Below are positions 1-12,703 of a stretch of DNA of 64,000 nt, piece by piece. The stretch comes from an uncultured Bacilli bacterium (GTDB lineage Bacteria > Bacillota_I > Bacilli_A > RF39 > UBA660). Under the pieces are notes generated by a model. The model saw only the letters and a list, made by a program, of their open reading frames with translations, did no database searches and was not told the DNA's origin. The DNA lies in assembly GCA_947589735.1 (NCBI GenBank), contig CANQCR010000006.1:6161-70160 (forward strand), read 5' to 3'. Position 1 is the first letter of the stretch. Every line of letters starts with the position of its first letter. Position numbers and translations under genes: made by a program.

Positions 1-95
1 ACACTCCTTATGTCATATTGCATAGCCAAAAATCCAAGCCAAGCTATAACTACTGGAACAAATAGAACAATTGCGATAATATTTCTTTTCTTCAC
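1..95 (-). CDS. partial CDS (first ~31 codons only, continues past the left edge); signal-anchor/TM segment, function unknown
   Basis: GTG at 95 (in-frame TTG at 98) after AGAAGGAAA. Reads VKKRNIIAIVLFVPVVIAWLGFLAMQYDIRS. Truncated by the window edge, so absent from the ORF track. Confidence 0.3.
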   Translation of the reverse strand, partial: MKKRNIIAIVLFVPVVIAWLGFLAMQYDIRS

Positions 96-208
96 CAACT
101 ATATTTCCTTCTTCTCATAGAATAAATTAATTACATATTCATTATACAGTAGAAAAGGAAAAATTAAAAGATATCTAATATATTTAGATATCCTTCGCTT
201 TTTACATA

Positions 209-1102
209 TTAAAGTTCTATTAAATATCCTCCTCTTTCTGCCCTCTCCAATGCCTGGATGATGCTAAAATCAAGAGAATAGGTTGTATCATAACCGATAT
301 TAACCACGTTGGAAGTTTCATTAAAATATTCCTCATGAGGATAATTTTCATCATTTAAAATAACTTTAAAATCGAGATAATTAAGTTCTTTTTTGTTAAA
401 ACTTAAAAAATTAAACAATTTACATTTTTCTTCATTATTTTTATATTTTGGGCAATAGAAAGGAACATTGTACTCATACTCACTATCAATAAATCTCATA
501 TTAGGGATATCATAGCTGAATGTGGGGTTAGTGCTAACAAGATTATAAATGCATGAAATGTTGCATTCATTATAATATTTATCAAAGGGCAAACCACCAA
601 TACGTGATCTATTATATCCAACAATCCTTAATGCTACAAATTTTCCATACCATTTATGATTTTTTAATTCTTCATTCTTTATTTGATATAACAATAAATC
701 ACCAACATTGAACTTGGCACGTACAACTTTAAGTTTTGATACATTTTTCATAGGTGGTTGAGGTGTTAATAACTTATCTTTTAATTTAATAAGTTCATTT
801 TTTCTTTTATTGTATAAATCAATATCGCTATCCCAACGTTCTAAATCTTTTTCACTATCAATATAATAGATAGCTTTATCACGTATTTCAGGCAATAATC
901 TACCATATTTCCACTGAATATCAGCAAGCACAAAATAACATATCATTTCATCTTCATCATAATCGTATTCACTTTCATAACCTTGAATAACACTATATGT
1001 TGCTTCCTCATTTGTCATCCCAATACGTAAACTATTTAAATAATCATCTTTAACATCACAAGCTACATCATCTTGATATAATTTATATCCCCATGCACCC
1101 AT
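209..1102 (-). CDS. hypothetical protein with DUF4259-like N-terminus; C-terminal ~200 aa unknown
   Basis: ORF 209..1111. I prefer the ATG at 1102, 8 nt after AAGGAG, because the GTG at 1111 lies inside the SD. The N-terminus MGAWGYKLYQDDVACDV matches my recollection of the DUF4259 signature. Confidence 0.6.
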   Translation of the reverse strand: MGAWGYKLYQDDVACDVKDDYLNSLRIGMTNEEATYSVIQGYESEYDYDEDEMICYFVLADIQWKYGRLLPEIRDKAIYYIDSEKDLERWDSDIDLYNKRKNELIKLKDKLLTPQPPMKNVSKLKVVRAKFNVGDLLLYQIKNEELKNHKWYGKFVALRIVGYNRSRIGGLPFDKYYNECNISCIYNLVSTNPTFSYDIPNMRFIDSEYEYNVPFYCPKYKNNEEKCKLFNFLSFNKKELNYLDFKVILNDENYPHEEYFNETSNVVNIGYDTTYSLDFSIIQALERAERGGYLIEL

Positions 1103-1248
1103 ATCTTTCACTCCTTATTCACACTCCGGAACTCGTATGACATTTTCTTCTTTAGTTTGACTAGCAACGGCAATATATGAATCCAATTTCCCTTTTTCTT
1201 GGGATTTATGCCATTTATTTGATTATTTGTTAAAAGTGCATTTTTATG

Positions 1249-1845
1249 TTAATAATCTGTATTTACATAATACCAATTTTTATCCCATTCTTCAATCCTT
1301 GTAAGATCATGCCCAGTTTCATTTTCATAAATGTTTTTTTTACCATTTAAACTATAGATTAGTTCAACTGAGCCAGATTGTAATCCTCTAAAAATCCAAA
1401 ATCCAACAACACAACCTTCTTCATCATTTTGATATATAAAAATCTCTCCACTTGTTGAAATTTTTCTATATTTATCAGGTAGTTTGGCATTACCATATTC
1501 ATCAACTTTAATTTTGCCATTTCTAACCATATTGATGACTTCATTTCTTTCATTTTTATAAAGTTTAAACTCTACTTTTGCTTTAATAAATCTCATTGGT
1601 AAAATAAAGATTATAGCTGAAATTAGTAATACTATGGTAGTTAAATAATTAACTAATTTTTTTTCCTTCGAAATTGTAATCTTCAATATAATTATTAAAA
1701 ATATGGATAATAAAATTAAAAACAAAATATCCAATAATACCTTAAAAATAAACAAAAAGCAAAGCAATTCATCAGAATACCAACTTAATATGAACGATAC
1801 GATTAAGAAAATAAACGCTAACACTAATAATATGTATTTCTTCAT
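1249..1845 (-). CDS. membrane protein (N-terminal TM helices plus soluble C-terminal domain), function unknown
   Basis: ORF 1249..1878. The ATG at 1845 (MKKYILLVLAF) follows GAGGGA. The N-terminal half is strongly hydrophobic. Confidence 0.55.
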   Translation of the reverse strand: MKKYILLVLAFIFLIVSFILSWYSDELLCFLFIFKVLLDILFLILLSIFLIIILKITISKEKKLVNYLTTIVLLISAIIFILPMRFIKAKVEFKLYKNERNEVINMVRNGKIKVDEYGNAKLPDKYRKISTSGEIFIYQNDEEGCVVGFWIFRGLQSGSVELIYSLNGKKNIYENETGHDLTRIEEWDKNWYYVNTDY

Positions 1846-2013
1846 TATTACCAATCCCTCATTATCATTATAACACAATTTAACAATAATTTAAGTTGAT
1901 TACCAACACGTAAAATTTAAAAATAGAACGCCCATTTTGTTGAGTGTTCTATTTTGATTATATATGGATGCTATATATTTTTTAGCTATATTCGCCAATT
2001 AACATTAAACATC

Positions 2014-3450
2014 TTATAAAACATAATCGGTAACCATTACTGTTGCAACACATAAGACAACAATGATTACTAAAGGTATTAAAATATATTTAAACCATTT
2101 AGTATAAGGTACTTTTAGATAAGCTAAACCAGCAATTAGATAAACACTAAATGGTGTGATAAGGGCAGATATTCCGTATCCTACTTGCATCATGAAAAGA
2201 CTTAATGGAGATGAGGTTGAACCATACACATCAGCAAATGGCGCTAATAAATTACCAACTAGATTATCAAAGTCAACAAAGAATAAACTATGAATAAAAC
2301 TTGAAAGTAAGACACCAATGGTTTGAATATCAGGGAATAAATCTAATATTTTATTAACAATGGTAAGAACAAAATTACTAGGATTATTGAATGATAAAAC
2401 GATTAAACTTAAAGAAATCATACTAAGACCAACAACTGGTAACATAGCTACTATACCCTTTTTTATGCCATCTAGTGTTTTATTAAAGTCAATGCTATAA
2501 ATAAACTTTAAAACAAGAATTTGAATAATTAGTAAGGCACTCATCGTAAAGCCGGTAAAGAAACCAAAAGGTTCAATCATACCCATAATCGTTTTCATAA
2601 ATGGATAACCGGCAATCGTCGTATTCATAACTTTATCATAAGCATCAGTTAAGCCATCATAATTAAACATATATTTATAGTTAAACATACCGACAATAAG
2701 AATTAGTGTTACAACAATACTGGAAATAACAATTGGTACATAACTCTTTTCTTCTTCATCATCTTCTAATAAAGGTATTTCTTCATTATCAGACTTATTA
2801 TCCTTTTTAAGTAATAGTGTCGCAAGTAAAACAACTAGTAATAAAACGAATAAAACTAAACGTGGAAGAATATTATTTAATCCTAAAGATAAATATATCT
2901 CCCCGTCGACAGAAATAGCTGGACTAAATAATGAGCCAAGTTGTCCCATTAACATTGCGCCAATGGTAGCCGTGAATGTAGTCACACGATTATATTTTAA
3001 TTTCATCAAAAGAGCTGCTACAAACGGTAAGAATAAGAATAGTACTAAAGGTATCCTAAGCGTCGCTGATATAAAAAAGTAAATAAGTGTAACAACGATT
3101 AAGACAAACTTATCACTATTTTCCATCTTTTTACTCATATTATCGATAAGGCGATGATAAGCACCCGTCTTATTTAAAACGCCATATAACATACCAATTG
3201 TTATAAAAGCTAAAATAATATTGCCATAGCCAAAATACATATACGTATTATCTATTTTAGGTACAATGGTTGTCGCAAATTGATTGAATAACATAATAGG
3301 TGCTAAAATAATATCCAACACACCAACAGGATTATAGCCATCTGATGAAAAAGCTCCTGTCGCATAACTGCCAGATACAATAACCCAACTTAATAAAATG
3401 TAAATACATAAGCTTATTAAAAGAACTTTTAATGTTTTTTTATTTTCCAT
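2014..3450 (-). CDS. polytopic integral membrane protein, probable transporter (family not confidently recognised)
   Basis: 478-aa ORF with more than 10 hydrophobic segments and an acidic/Lys-rich central loop. SD GGAGGG lies upstream of the ATG. Confidence 0.55.
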   Translation of the reverse strand: MENKKTLKVLLISLCIYILLSWVIVSGSYATGAFSSDGYNPVGVLDIILAPIMLFNQFATTIVPKIDNTYMYFGYGNIILAFITIGMLYGVLNKTGAYHRLIDNMSKKMENSDKFVLIVVTLIYFFISATLRIPLVLFLFLPFVAALLMKLKYNRVTTFTATIGAMLMGQLGSLFSPAISVDGEIYLSLGLNNILPRLVLFVLLLVVLLATLLLKKDNKSDNEEIPLLEDDEEEKSYVPIVISSIVVTLILIVGMFNYKYMFNYDGLTDAYDKVMNTTIAGYPFMKTIMGMIEPFGFFTGFTMSALLIIQILVLKFIYSIDFNKTLDGIKKGIVAMLPVVGLSMISLSLIVLSFNNPSNFVLTIVNKILDLFPDIQTIGVLLSSFIHSLFFVDFDNLVGNLLAPFADVYGSTSSPLSLFMMQVGYGISALITPFSVYLIAGLAYLKVPYTKWFKYILIPLVIIVVLCVATVMVTDYVL

Positions 3451-3534
3451 ATTATACCCTCCTTATCAATTATATCACAAAAGAATTAATTTCACTATTT
3501 TTTTGATTTAAGGTATAATGAGTTTGGTGATTTG

Positions 3535-4473
3535 ATGTTTCAATATAGCGATTCTAATAAAAGATATCATACTCTAGATTATTTTTATAAACATAAATTC
3601 CACACTAAGGTTTCGAAAATAAGTTTAAATGCTGGATTCACTTGCCCTAATATTGATGGGTCGGTTGGAACAGGTGGATGTATTTATTGTTCAAAATTAG
3701 GTAGTGGTGAGTTTGGTGGTAATCCCAAGGAAGATTTGATAACACAATTTAATAATATTAAAAAAGTGATGGATAAAAAATGGCCTAATAGTAAATATAT
3801 TGGATATTTTCAAGCTCATACTAATACCTATGCTCCCCTACCTATTTTAAAAGAAAAATATGAAACGATTCTAAAGCTTGAAGATGTCGTTGGCCTTAGT
3901 ATTGCAACGCGTCCTGATGCGATAAGCAAAGAATGTCTTGACTATTTAGAAGAGTTAAATAAAAAAACATTTTTGACAGTTGAACTAGGTTTACAAACAA
4001 TCCACGAAAAAACAGCCAAGCTTATCAATCGCTGTCATAATCTAGCTTGTTTTGAAGATATGGTTAAGCAATTACGAAAAAGAAACATCAATGTGGTTGT
4101 TCATATTATCAATGGTCTTCCCTATGAAACCAAAGATATGATGTTAGAAACAGTTAGATATCTAAACAAATTAGATATTAATGGTATCAAAATTCATATG
4201 TTATCAGTTATTAAAGATACTAAGTTAGCTAAGATGTATGAAGATGGTGAAGTTGAACTATGTTCCAAAGATGAATATGTGGATATTGTTTGTGATGAAT
4301 TAGAAGAGTTAAGAAAAGAAATCGTTATTCATCGCATAACAGCTAGTCCTGATAAAGATGCCTTAATTGCTCCCCTTTGGTTAAATGATAAAATTAGTAT
4401 TTTAAATGCCATTGATAAAGAATTAACTAGAAGAGATTCTTATCAAGGAAAAAGACTAGAGAGTAATCTCTAG
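3535..4473 (+). CDS. radical SAM protein, TIGR01212/YtqA-like
   Basis: CPNIDGSVGTGGCIYC region near the N-terminus; ~310 aa. ATG at 3535 follows GGTGA, and a TATAAT lies at 3514-3519. Confidence 0.8.
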   Translation: MFQYSDSNKRYHTLDYFYKHKFHTKVSKISLNAGFTCPNIDGSVGTGGCIYCSKLGSGEFGGNPKEDLITQFNNIKKVMDKKWPNSKYIGYFQAHTNTYAPLPILKEKYETILKLEDVVGLSIATRPDAISKECLDYLEELNKKTFLTVELGLQTIHEKTAKLINRCHNLACFEDMVKQLRKRNINVVVHIINGLPYETKDMMLETVRYLNKLDINGIKIHMLSVIKDTKLAKMYEDGEVELCSKDEYVDIVCDELEELRKEIVIHRITASPDKDALIAPLWLNDKISILNAIDKELTRRDSYQGKRLESNL

Positions 4474-5243
4474 TCCTTTTTAGCTGATCTACTATAGACA
4501 AGATTTAATCTATCAATCCGGTAATGATCAACATTGGTTAGATAGATTTCATAATAACTGTCGTAGCGCATAGCTTTAATATTTTTAGGTTCAAGCGTTG
4601 ATATCGTATATTTATCTTCTTCGACTCCCACGCCAACAATAATAACCCCAGCACTATTATAAGTACTTACTTTAAAATCGACGAAGGTTATATGATCACG
4701 GATAGCCTTTCTATTTTGACTTTCTAATTGGCGCATTTGATGTTCAAATTGATCGTATAAGTCTTTACCTAAAACATCTCTTAGAGCATCATAATCAAAA
4801 TTCATAAAAGACATCTGCATTTTTAAATAAAGGTCTTTGGTAACTTCTTCTAATTCTTTAGCATCATATAAGGTATCAAGGGCTTCCTCTTTCTCATCTT
4901 CAACTGGTTCTTCTTCTTTTACAACTGGACGTCTAACGATAAAATACTCTATTATAACAATTATACTAACGATAATAGATAAGATAATACTAACGAGAGA
5001 AAAACTAACAAAATTATATAGACACACTAAAAGCATATAACTGACATATAGTTGCCTTAAATAGGGAAAATCTTTTTTATTAAAATAGTTTAACAATAAG
5101 TAAAGTGATAAACCTAAATAAATAATCGTTCCTATATGCATATTATTTATGGGTGTAAAATAAATGACTAACGATAAAATTATCATCCCTAAAAAATAAG
5201 GTAAAAAAGTTTTTAACGAACTTATCATACTTATCACCTGCAT
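4470..5243 (-). CDS. membrane protein with C-terminal Tim44-like domain
   Basis: N-terminal TM helices, an acidic linker, then LYLKMQMSFMNFDYDALRDVLGKDLYDQF, which is typical of bacterial Tim44-like domains. Confidence 0.6.
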   Translation of the reverse strand: MQVISMISSLKTFLPYFLGMIILSLVIYFTPINNMHIGTIIYLGLSLYLLLNYFNKKDFPYLRQLYVSYMLLVCLYNFVSFSLVSIILSIIVSIIVIIEYFIVRRPVVKEEEPVEDEKEEALDTLYDAKELEEVTKDLYLKMQMSFMNFDYDALRDVLGKDLYDQFEHQMRQLESQNRKAIRDHITFVDFKVSTYNSAGVIIVGVGVEEDKYTISTLEPKNIKAMRYDSYYEIYLTNVDHYRIDRLNLVYSRSAKKD

Positions 5244-5271
5244 ATTAATATTTTATCATAGTTTTGATAAC

Positions 5272-5298
5272 AAAAAAAGAGAAACACGTGTTTCTCTT
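5272..5298 (-). terminator. rho-independent terminator after rpoC
   Basis: Perfect palindrome AAGAGAAACA/TGTTTCTCTT overlapping the rpoC stop, followed by a T7 run on the minus strand. Confidence 0.8.
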
Positions 5299-8200
5299 AA
5301 TCAACTAATTCTTGTTCTAAGGCCTCTAATGGTTCTTCTTTTAAATTGTCTAATTCTAAGGCATAATCAGCATTACGATACTTTCTAGCACCTGTACCAG
5401 CTGGAATTAATTTACCAATTAAGACATTTTCCTTTAAGCCTTGTAACATATCAACTTTACCATGAATAGCAGCATCGGTTAAAATACGTGTTGTCTCTTG
5501 GAATGATGCGGCTGATAAGAAAGAATCAGTTTCCAAAGATGCTTTAGTAATACCAAGTAAAACAGGCACACCTTTAGCTGGACGCTTTCCTTCAAGGATT
5601 AAGCTTTGATTTGTTTCGGTAAACTTATTATAATTTACCATTGTTCCTGGTAAGAAGTATGAATCACCAGAGTTTATAATCTTAATCTTAGAAATCATTC
5701 TCTTAGCCATAATCTCAACGTGTTTATCAGAAATATCAACACCTTGAGAACGATATACTTTTTGAATTTCTTTCAAGATGTATTGTTGCGTTGTAATTGG
5801 GTCCGTTACAGCAAGTAATTCTTTTGGATTGATAGCACCAAAAGTTAAAGTATCACCGGCGTTAACTTCATCACCTTTTTCAACACATAATTTAGCACCA
5901 TAATTAGTTGTATATTTTTTCGTTTCAACATCGTTTTTAACATAAACGATGAAATTGCCATTACCTTCTTCGATTTCGCTTACAACACCGCTAATCTCTG
6001 AAATTAAGGCTTTACCTTTTGGATTACGAGATTCAAATAATTCTTGAACACGAGGTAAACCTTGGGTAATATCGTCACCAGCGACACCACCAGTATTGAA
6101 TGTACGCATCGTAAGTTGTGTACCTGGCTCACCAATTGATTGCGCAGCCATAATACCAACAGCTTCACCCTCTTCAACAATTGTACCGGTAGCAAGGTTA
6201 CGACCATAACATTTGCAACATACACCGTGATCCTCTTTACAAGTTAATACTGTTCTGATTGGAACTTTGGTAATACCAGCCTTCTCAATCTTATCAGCTA
6301 ATTGTTCAGTAATATAAGTATTACGTTCACAAATTGTTTCCTTTGTTTCAGGATGAACAATTTTCATACTTGTATAACGACCAACGATTCGATCGTGTAA
6401 TGTTTCGATAACGGTTCCATCTTTTTCGTTAATGAAAGCTTCAACAACAACACCATTTTCCGTACCACAATCTTCGGACTTAACAATGATATCTTGAGCA
6501 ACATCAACTAAACGACGCGTTAAGTATCCAGCATCAGCTGTCTTTAAAGCGGTATCAACGGCACCTTTACGAGCACCATGGGTTGATAAGAAGAACTCAC
6601 TAATAGTTACACCATCTGAGAATGATGATACAACCGGTATCTCTTCTGATTTACCATTTGGTTTACCAAATAATCCACGCATACCAACTAGTTGGGTATA
6701 TGATCCCATATCACCACGAGCTTTAGAGTTCATCATAATGCAAATTGGATTATCTTGATCTTCAGCAACCATCTCTTCAAGTTCTTTCGTAACTTTATTC
6801 TTAGCTTCAGTCCATAAAGATATAACTTTTTCATATCTTTCATCTTCCGTTATTAAACCACGTTTAAATTGTTTATTAACTTGATCGACCATAACTTGTG
6901 TTTCAGCAACGATTTCACCTTTTTTACGTGATGGTTTAATATCACTAATAGCGATACTAATACCAGAAATGGTTGAATATTTAAATCCTAAATCTTTTAA
7001 CTTATCAAGCATAACAGATGTTTCCGTTGTTTGATAACGTTTATAGATTTGCGCAATTAACTTAGTTAAAACACCTTTCGCAAAAGCTGGTACTAATGGC
7101 ATTTCTTTGATAGCTTCAGGAATATTCGTACCTGGCTCTAAGAAATACTTAGCAGGTGTAATTTTTTCAATGTTTTCTTCAGTACCATCGTTAATATATT
7201 GGAAAGTATCAGGGAAAATTTCATTGAATAAAACTTTACCTGGTGTGGTTACTAAATATTTATTAGCATAAGCATCAGGGAATAACTTATGTTTAAATGC
7301 TCTTACAGGAATAGCAATTCTTGTATGAAGAGTTATTTCTCTTCTTTCGTAAGCCATTAAAGCTTCATCAGGACTCTTGAAGACACGTCCTTCACCTTCT
7401 AGATTAGCTTTTTCAATCGTTATATAGTAGTTACCTAAAACCATATCTTGGCCTGGCGTAACGATTGGTTTACCATCAGATGGTTTTAAGATGTTATTAG
7501 CACCTAACATAAGAATTCTAGCTTCAGCTTGAGCTTCTTCAGTAATTGGAACGTGAACAGCCATCTGATCACCATCAAAGTCAGCATTGAAAGCAGCACA
7601 TACTAATGGATGCAAACGGATACTACGTCCCTCAATTAATTTTGGTTCAAATGCTTGAATACCAAGACGGTGTAAGGTTGGAGCACGGTTTAACATAACA
7701 GGGTGTTCCTTTATTTTTTCCTCAACAACATCCCATACTCTTGGGTCTTGATTTTCAATCATCTTTTTAGCTACTTTAATATTGCTAGCTATTTCTTTTT
7801 GAACTAAGCCATTGATAACATGTGGTTTGAATAACTCTAAGGCCATTTCTTTTGGAATACCACATTGATACATCTTCAAGCTTGGTCCAACAACGATAAC
7901 AGAACGGCCAGAATAATCAACACGTTTACCTAGTAAGTTTTGACGGAAACGACCTTGTTTACCTTTTAACATACTAGATAATGATTTTAATGGGCGGTTA
8001 CCTGGACCGGTGATGTTACGTCCTCTTCGGCCATTATCGAATAAGGCATCAACAGCTTCTTGTAACATACGTTTTTCATTTTGAATGATGATACTTGGAG
8101 CACCTAAATCGATTAATTTCTTTAACCGGTTATTACGATTAATAACCCGGCGATATAAATCATTTAAATCACTCGTTGCAAAACGTCCACCATCTAATTG

Positions 8201-8932
8201 AATCATTGGACGAAGTTCTGGTGGAATAACAGGAAGAGCTGTTAAAATCATCCACTCAGGACGGTTACCTGATTCAATAAAGGCATTTAAGATATCTAAA
8301 CGTTTAACAAGACGAACGCGCTTTTGACTAGAAGAATCCTTAATTTGTTCAAGTTCTTCTTTAATCTGATTTAATTCTTTTTCAAGATCAACGCCTTCTA
8401 GTAATTCTTTGATAGCTTCAGCACCCATACCAACACGGAAAGAGTTTCCGTATTTTTCATAATAAGCACGGTATTCTTTATCACTTATCGTTTGTTTTTT
8501 CTCTAAAGGAGCTGGTCCTGGATCCAAAACGACGTAAGAAACAAAGTATAATACTTCTTCCAAGTCTCTTGGCGACATATCAAGAACTAAACCCATTCTT
8601 GATGGTACACCTTTAAAGAACCAAATGTGAGAAACCGGTGTTGCAAGTTCAATATGACCCATCCGTTCCCGACGAACTTTTGCTCTTGTTACTTCAACAC
8701 CGCAACGATCACATATGATATTTTTATATCTTAATCTTTTGTATTTACCACAAGCACATTCAAAGTCTTTGGTAGGTCCAAATATTTTCTCACAGTATAA
8801 GCCATCTCGCTCTGGTTTTAGCGTACGATAGTTAATTGTCTCGGCTTTTTTGACTTCGCCATAAGACCATGAACGAATCTTTTCAGGTGAGGCAATACTA
8901 ATTCTTAATCCAGCAAAACTATTAACATCCAT
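5297..8932 (-). CDS. rpoC: DNA-directed RNA polymerase subunit beta'
   Basis: 1211 aa. [14 protein letters not shown] catalytic motif, zinc-finger Cys near the N-terminus, and position directly after rpoB. Confidence 0.98.
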   Translation of the reverse strand: MDVNSFAGLRISIASPEKIRSWSYGEVKKAETINYRTLKPERDGLYCEKIFGPTKDFECACGKYKRLRYKNIICDRCGVEVTRAKVRRERMGHIELATPVSHIWFFKGVPSRMGLVLDMSPRDLEEVLYFVSYVVLDPGPAPLEKKQTISDKEYRAYYEKYGNSFRVGMGAEAIKELLEGVDLEKELNQIKEELEQIKDSSSQKRVRLVKRLDILNAFIESGNRPEWMILTALPVIPPELRPMIQLDGGRFATSDLNDLYRRVINRNNRLKKLIDLGAPSIIIQNEKRMLQEAVDALFDNGRRGRNITGPGNRPLKSLSSMLKGKQGRFRQNLLGKRVDYSGRSVIVVGPSLKMYQCGIPKEMALELFKPHVINGLVQKEIASNIKVAKKMIENQDPRVWDVVEEKIKEHPVMLNRAPTLHRLGIQAFEPKLIEGRSIRLHPLVCAAFNADFDGDQMAVHVPITEEAQAEARILMLGANNILKPSDGKPIVTPGQDMVLGNYYITIEKANLEGEGRVFKSPDEALMAYERREITLHTRIAIPVRAFKHKLFPDAYANKYLVTTPGKVLFNEIFPDTFQYINDGTEENIEKITPAKYFLEPGTNIPEAIKEMPLVPAFAKGVLTKLIAQIYKRYQTTETSVMLDKLKDLGFKYSTISGISIAISDIKPSRKKGEIVAETQVMVDQVNKQFKRGLITEDERYEKVISLWTEAKNKVTKELEEMVAEDQDNPICIMMNSKARGDMGSYTQLVGMRGLFGKPNGKSEEIPVVSSFSDGVTISEFFLSTHGARKGAVDTALKTADAGYLTRRLVDVAQDIIVKSEDCGTENGVVVEAFINEKDGTVIETLHDRIVGRYTSMKIVHPETKETICERNTYITEQLADKIEKAGITKVPIRTVLTCKEDHGVCCKCYGRNLATGTIVEEGEAVGIMAAQSIGEPGTQLTMRTFNTGGVAGDDITQGLPRVQELFESRNPKGKALISEISGVVSEIEEGNGNFIVYVKNDVETKKYTTNYGAKLCVEKGDEVNAGDTLTFGAINPKELLAVTDPITTQQYILKEIQKVYRSQGVDISDKHVEIMAKRMISKIKIINSGDSYFLPGTMVNYNKFTETNQSLILEGKRPAKGVPVLLGITKASLETDSFLSAASFQETTRILTDAAIHGKVDMLQGLKENVLIGKLIPAGTGARKYRNADYALELDNLKEEPLEALEQELVD

Positions 8933-11900
8933 TATTGCTCATCCCCTTCCAAGTCTTTTAATTCATCTAAAGGAGCATCAAACTCTTCAGCTTCATCTTC
9001 TTCAAATTCATCTTCTAAAGACTCTTCATCATCAAAAGTATATTCATCTTCACCATAATCATCTTCGGCAAACTCATCATTGTATTCTTCGAACATTTCG
9101 TCATTTGACTCAACACCTACTTGATCAACCTGTACTTCTTTTGGTTTCTCACTAGGTTGTCCATAGTCATCTTTATCTTGTTCTTCTAATTCTTTAAGTT
9201 CAACAAAGTTACCATTTTCATTTAAAACGGTAATATCTAGTCCTAAAGCTTGGAACTCTTTAATTAAAACTCTAAATGATTCTGGGACACCAGATTTTGG
9301 AATTGGTGTTCCTTTAACTAAAGCTTCATAAACTTTAACACGACCAACAACATCATCAGATTTAATTGTCATCATCTCTTGTAAAACGTGAGCAGCACCA
9401 TATGCATATAATGCCCAAACTTCCATTTCACCAAAGCGTTGACCACCGAATTGAGCTTTACCACCTAAAGGTTGTTGCGTAACCATAGAGTAAGGGCCGG
9501 TTGATCTCGCATGTAATTTATCATCAACCATGTGGTGTAGTTTAATCATATACATAACACCAACACTGATACGATTGTCAAATGGTTCACCAGTACGACC
9601 ATCATATAAAACGGTCTTACCATCTTCATCTAAGCCTGCTTCTTTTAAAGCATCGATTATTTCTTCACGCGTTGCCCCACTAAAGACTGGTGTTGCAACA
9701 TGAATGCCCAATCGTTGAGCAGCAATACCTAGATGCATTTCTAGAATCTGACCGATATTCATACGTGATGGTACACCTAGTGGGTTAAGTAAAATATCGA
9801 TTGGTTCACCATCAGCTGTATATGGCATATCTTCACTTGGTAATACTAAAGAGATAACCCCTTTATTACCATGACGTCCGGCCATTTTATCACCGACAGT
9901 AATTTTTCTTTTTTGAGCGATATAAACACGGATAACTTTAGATACACCGGCTTGTAGTTCATCAGTATCTTCTTTAGTAAAGATTTTAATATCGTGAACA
10001 ATACCGCCACCACCGTGTGGAACACGAAGTGATGTATCCCGAACTTCCCTTGTCTTTTCGCCAAAAATAGCGTGTAATAATTTCTCTTCACTAGTTAATT
10101 CAGCCATACCTTTTGGCGTAACTTTACCAACTAGAATATCATCATCTTTAACCTCAGTACCAATCGCAATAATACCATTTTCATCAAGGTTTTTACGACT
10201 TTCTTCACTAACATTTGGAATATCTCTTGTAAACTCTTCTGGTCCTAACTTCGTATCCCGACATTCAATTTGATAATCTTGAATATGGATAGATGTATAA
10301 ACGTCATCACGAACTAATCGCTCATTTAAGATAACGGCATCCTCGTAGTTATAACCATTAAAGTTCATGAAAGCTACTCTAACGTTTTTACCAAGAGCCA
10401 TCTCACCCATATCCGTACTTGGACCATCGGCAATGATTTGACCCTTCTTAACTTTATCACCGGCTCTAACAATTGGAATTTGATGGTAACAAGTACCAGC
10501 ATTAGAGCGATCAAAACCATTTAGGTAGTATGTATCAACACCACCCTTAGTTTTAACTAAAATCTTTCTAGCATCAACATAGTCAACAACACCATCAGCA
10601 CTAGCAATAATAACAGCGCCACTATCTCTTGCTGATATGGCTTCAATACCGGTACCAACAATTGGAGCTTCAGCTTTTAATAATGGGATAGCCTGACGTT
10701 GCATGTTAGAACCCATTAGCGCTCTTTTACCATCATCGTGTTCCAAGAATGGAATACCAGCTGTTGTAATAGATACAACTTGTTGACTAGATACGTCCAT
10801 ATAATCAACATCTTTAGAATCGATAATAATATTCTCACCACGATAACGAACAGGAACCCGCTCTAAAGCGAAGCAATCATCATCAGTTAAGGCTACTGTT
10901 GCCTGTGAAATATGATAATCTAATTCTTCATCAGCTGTCATATAAACAATGTCATCTGTTAATTTACCATTAATAACTTTACGATATGGTGTCATAATGA
11001 AGCCATATTCATTAATTCTAGCATAACTTGCTAAAGCTGTAATAAGACCGATATTTGGCCCTTCTGGTGATTCAATTGGACAAAGACGTCCATAGTGTGA
11101 TGGGTTAACATCACGAACTTCCATACCAGCACGATCACGTGATAAACCACCAGGTCCTAAAGAAGATAATCTTCTCTTATTTGCAAGTTCAGCAACTGGG
11201 TTAGTCTGATCCATAAATTGTGATAATTGACTACTACCAAAGAACTCTTTAATGGCAGCTGTAAGTGGACGGATATTAATTAATGATTTTGGAGTTACTT
11301 CATCGATCTCTTGGGTAGACATCCGATCACGAATAACTCTTTCAATTCGACTAATACCAACTCTAAATTGATTTTGTAATAATTCACCAACTTGGCGAAC
11401 ACGACGGTTAGATAAGTGATCTATCTCATCAAAATTACCAATACCTTCATGTAAATTTAAATAATATGATACTGAAGCATAAACATCAGATATGGTTAAT
11501 CTCTTTAGATCAATGGTCTGATCATTACCAATAATATTGACAATACGATCAGGATTTTTCTTAGAATATACTTTAACAACTTGAACTTTATTATAACTAT
11601 CTAATTCTTCATTGATTAAAGCTTCTCTAACTCCATAACCGTCAGCAAAAATAGGCTTTAATGCTTCCAATAAATCCTTGGTTATAACATCGCCTTCTTT
11701 AGCGATAACTTTATTTTTTACTTTGATTGTCTCAGCTAATTTACAACCTAAAAGACGATCAACAACATTTAATTTTTTATTAAACTTATAACGACCTACT
11801 TTAGCTAAATCGTATCTAAATGAATCAAAGAATCTAGATACTAATTGGTTTTTAGCACTATCCAAAGTAGATGGTTCACCTGGTCTTAATTTAGAATGAA

Positions 11901-12609
11901 TATCAATTAATGATTCATCAGTATTCTTATTAGCATCTTTTTCAATTGTCCGAAGAAGATATTCATCTTCACCAAACAAGTCAATAATATCATCATCATT
12001 AGATAGACCTAAAGCTCTTAAAAGCGTCGTAATAGGTACTTTTCTTGTCCTATCAATACGAACATAGATTGCATCTCTAGCATCGGTTTCATATTCAAGC
12101 CATGTACCACGTGTTGGAATAATTTGGGAAGTAATAATATGTTTACCATTTTTCTTATCTATTTCGCGTCCGAAATAAACACTAGGTGAACGAACAAGTT
12201 GTGAGACGATAACACGTTCAGCACCATTAATAACGAAAGTTCCACTTTCGGTCATTATTGGCATATCGCCTAAATAAATTTCTTGTTCTTTTACTTCACC
12301 AGTCTCTTGGTTAAAAAGACGGGCTTGAACCTTTAAAGGTGCGGCATAGGTTGCATATCTTTCTTTACAACCTTTTATTGAGTATCTTGGCTCATCAAAT
12401 GAGTATTCACCAAACTCTAAAGTTAAATTTCCAGTAAAGCTTTCAACTGGAAAGATATCTTCGAATACTTCATTGATACCTTCTGTCATAAACCAATCGT
12501 ATGACTTTTTTTGAATTTCTAGCAGATTGCTTAATTCAATTGCATTTTTTGTTTTTGCATAACTTCTTCTTTCTCGATAATCACCGAATTTTTTTACTGT
12601 ATAAGCCAC
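8932..12609 (-). CDS. rpoB: DNA-directed RNA polymerase subunit beta, with a long acidic C-terminal tail
   Basis: Full-length beta-subunit similarity (e.g. [27 protein letters not shown]). Start taken as the GTG at 12609 after GGGGTGA ([19 protein letters not shown]). The TAA stop shares one nt with the rpoC ATG. Confidence 0.96.
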   Translation of the reverse strand: MAYTVKKFGDYRERRSYAKTKNAIELSNLLEIQKKSYDWFMTEGINEVFEDIFPVESFTGNLTLEFGEYSFDEPRYSIKGCKERYATYAAPLKVQARLFNQETGEVKEQEIYLGDMPIMTESGTFVINGAERVIVSQLVRSPSVYFGREIDKKNGKHIITSQIIPTRGTWLEYETDARDAIYVRIDRTRKVPITTLLRALGLSNDDDIIDLFGEDEYLLRTIEKDANKNTDESLIDIHSKLRPGEPSTLDSAKNQLVSRFFDSFRYDLAKVGRYKFNKKLNVVDRLLGCKLAETIKVKNKVIAKEGDVITKDLLEALKPIFADGYGVREALINEELDSYNKVQVVKVYSKKNPDRIVNIIGNDQTIDLKRLTISDVYASVSYYLNLHEGIGNFDEIDHLSNRRVRQVGELLQNQFRVGISRIERVIRDRMSTQEIDEVTPKSLINIRPLTAAIKEFFGSSQLSQFMDQTNPVAELANKRRLSSLGPGGLSRDRAGMEVRDVNPSHYGRLCPIESPEGPNIGLITALASYARINEYGFIMTPYRKVINGKLTDDIVYMTADEELDYHISQATVALTDDDCFALERVPVRYRGENIIIDSKDVDYMDVSSQQVVSITTAGIPFLEHDDGKRALMGSNMQRQAIPLLKAEAPIVGTGIEAISARDSGAVIIASADGVVDYVDARKILVKTKGGVDTYYLNGFDRSNAGTCYHQIPIVRAGDKVKKGQIIADGPSTDMGEMALGKNVRVAFMNFNGYNYEDAVILNERLVRDDVYTSIHIQDYQIECRDTKLGPEEFTRDIPNVSEESRKNLDENGIIAIGTEVKDDDILVGKVTPKGMAELTSEEKLLHAIFGEKTREVRDTSLRVPHGGGGIVHDIKIFTKEDTDELQAGVSKVIRVYIAQKRKITVGDKMAGRHGNKGVISLVLPSEDMPYTADGEPIDILLNPLGVPSRMNIGQILEMHLGIAAQRLGIHVATPVFSGATREEIIDALKEAGLDEDGKTVLYDGRTGEPFDNRISVGVMYMIKLHHMVDDKLHARSTGPYSMVTQQPLGGKAQFGGQRFGEMEVWALYAYGAAHVLQEMMTIKSDDVVGRVKVYEALVKGTPIPKSGVPESFRVLIKEFQALGLDITVLNENGNFVELKELEEQDKDDYGQPSEKPKEVQVDQVGVESNDEMFEEYNDEFAEDDYGEDEYTFDDEESLEDEFEEDEAEEFDAPLDELKDLEGDEQ

Positions 12610-12703
12610 TATTTCACCCCATAAACTAATATTTTCGCCGTATATTGCTACCCAAACAATACACGCCACCAATTTATAATTTTACCAAACTGGTATCAAA
12701 TTG

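Noticed and set aside
6004-6225. 73-aa ORF inside rpoC. The 81-aa ORF at 9846..10091 inside rpoB is the same kind of case.
   Set aside because: Both lie in an alternative frame embedded in highly conserved polymerase genes. They have no SD and a low-complexity translation. They are chance ORFs in AT-rich sequence.
12610-12672. N-terminal extensions proposed by the ORF track for rpoB. The same applies to rplA (to 15201), rplK (to 15655), recA (to 48856), rny (to 47731), U32 (to 41770) and others.
   Set aside because: In each case an internal ATG, GTG or TTG is preceded by a clear SD and matches the conserved N-terminus of the family. The upstream residues are non-conserved read-back.
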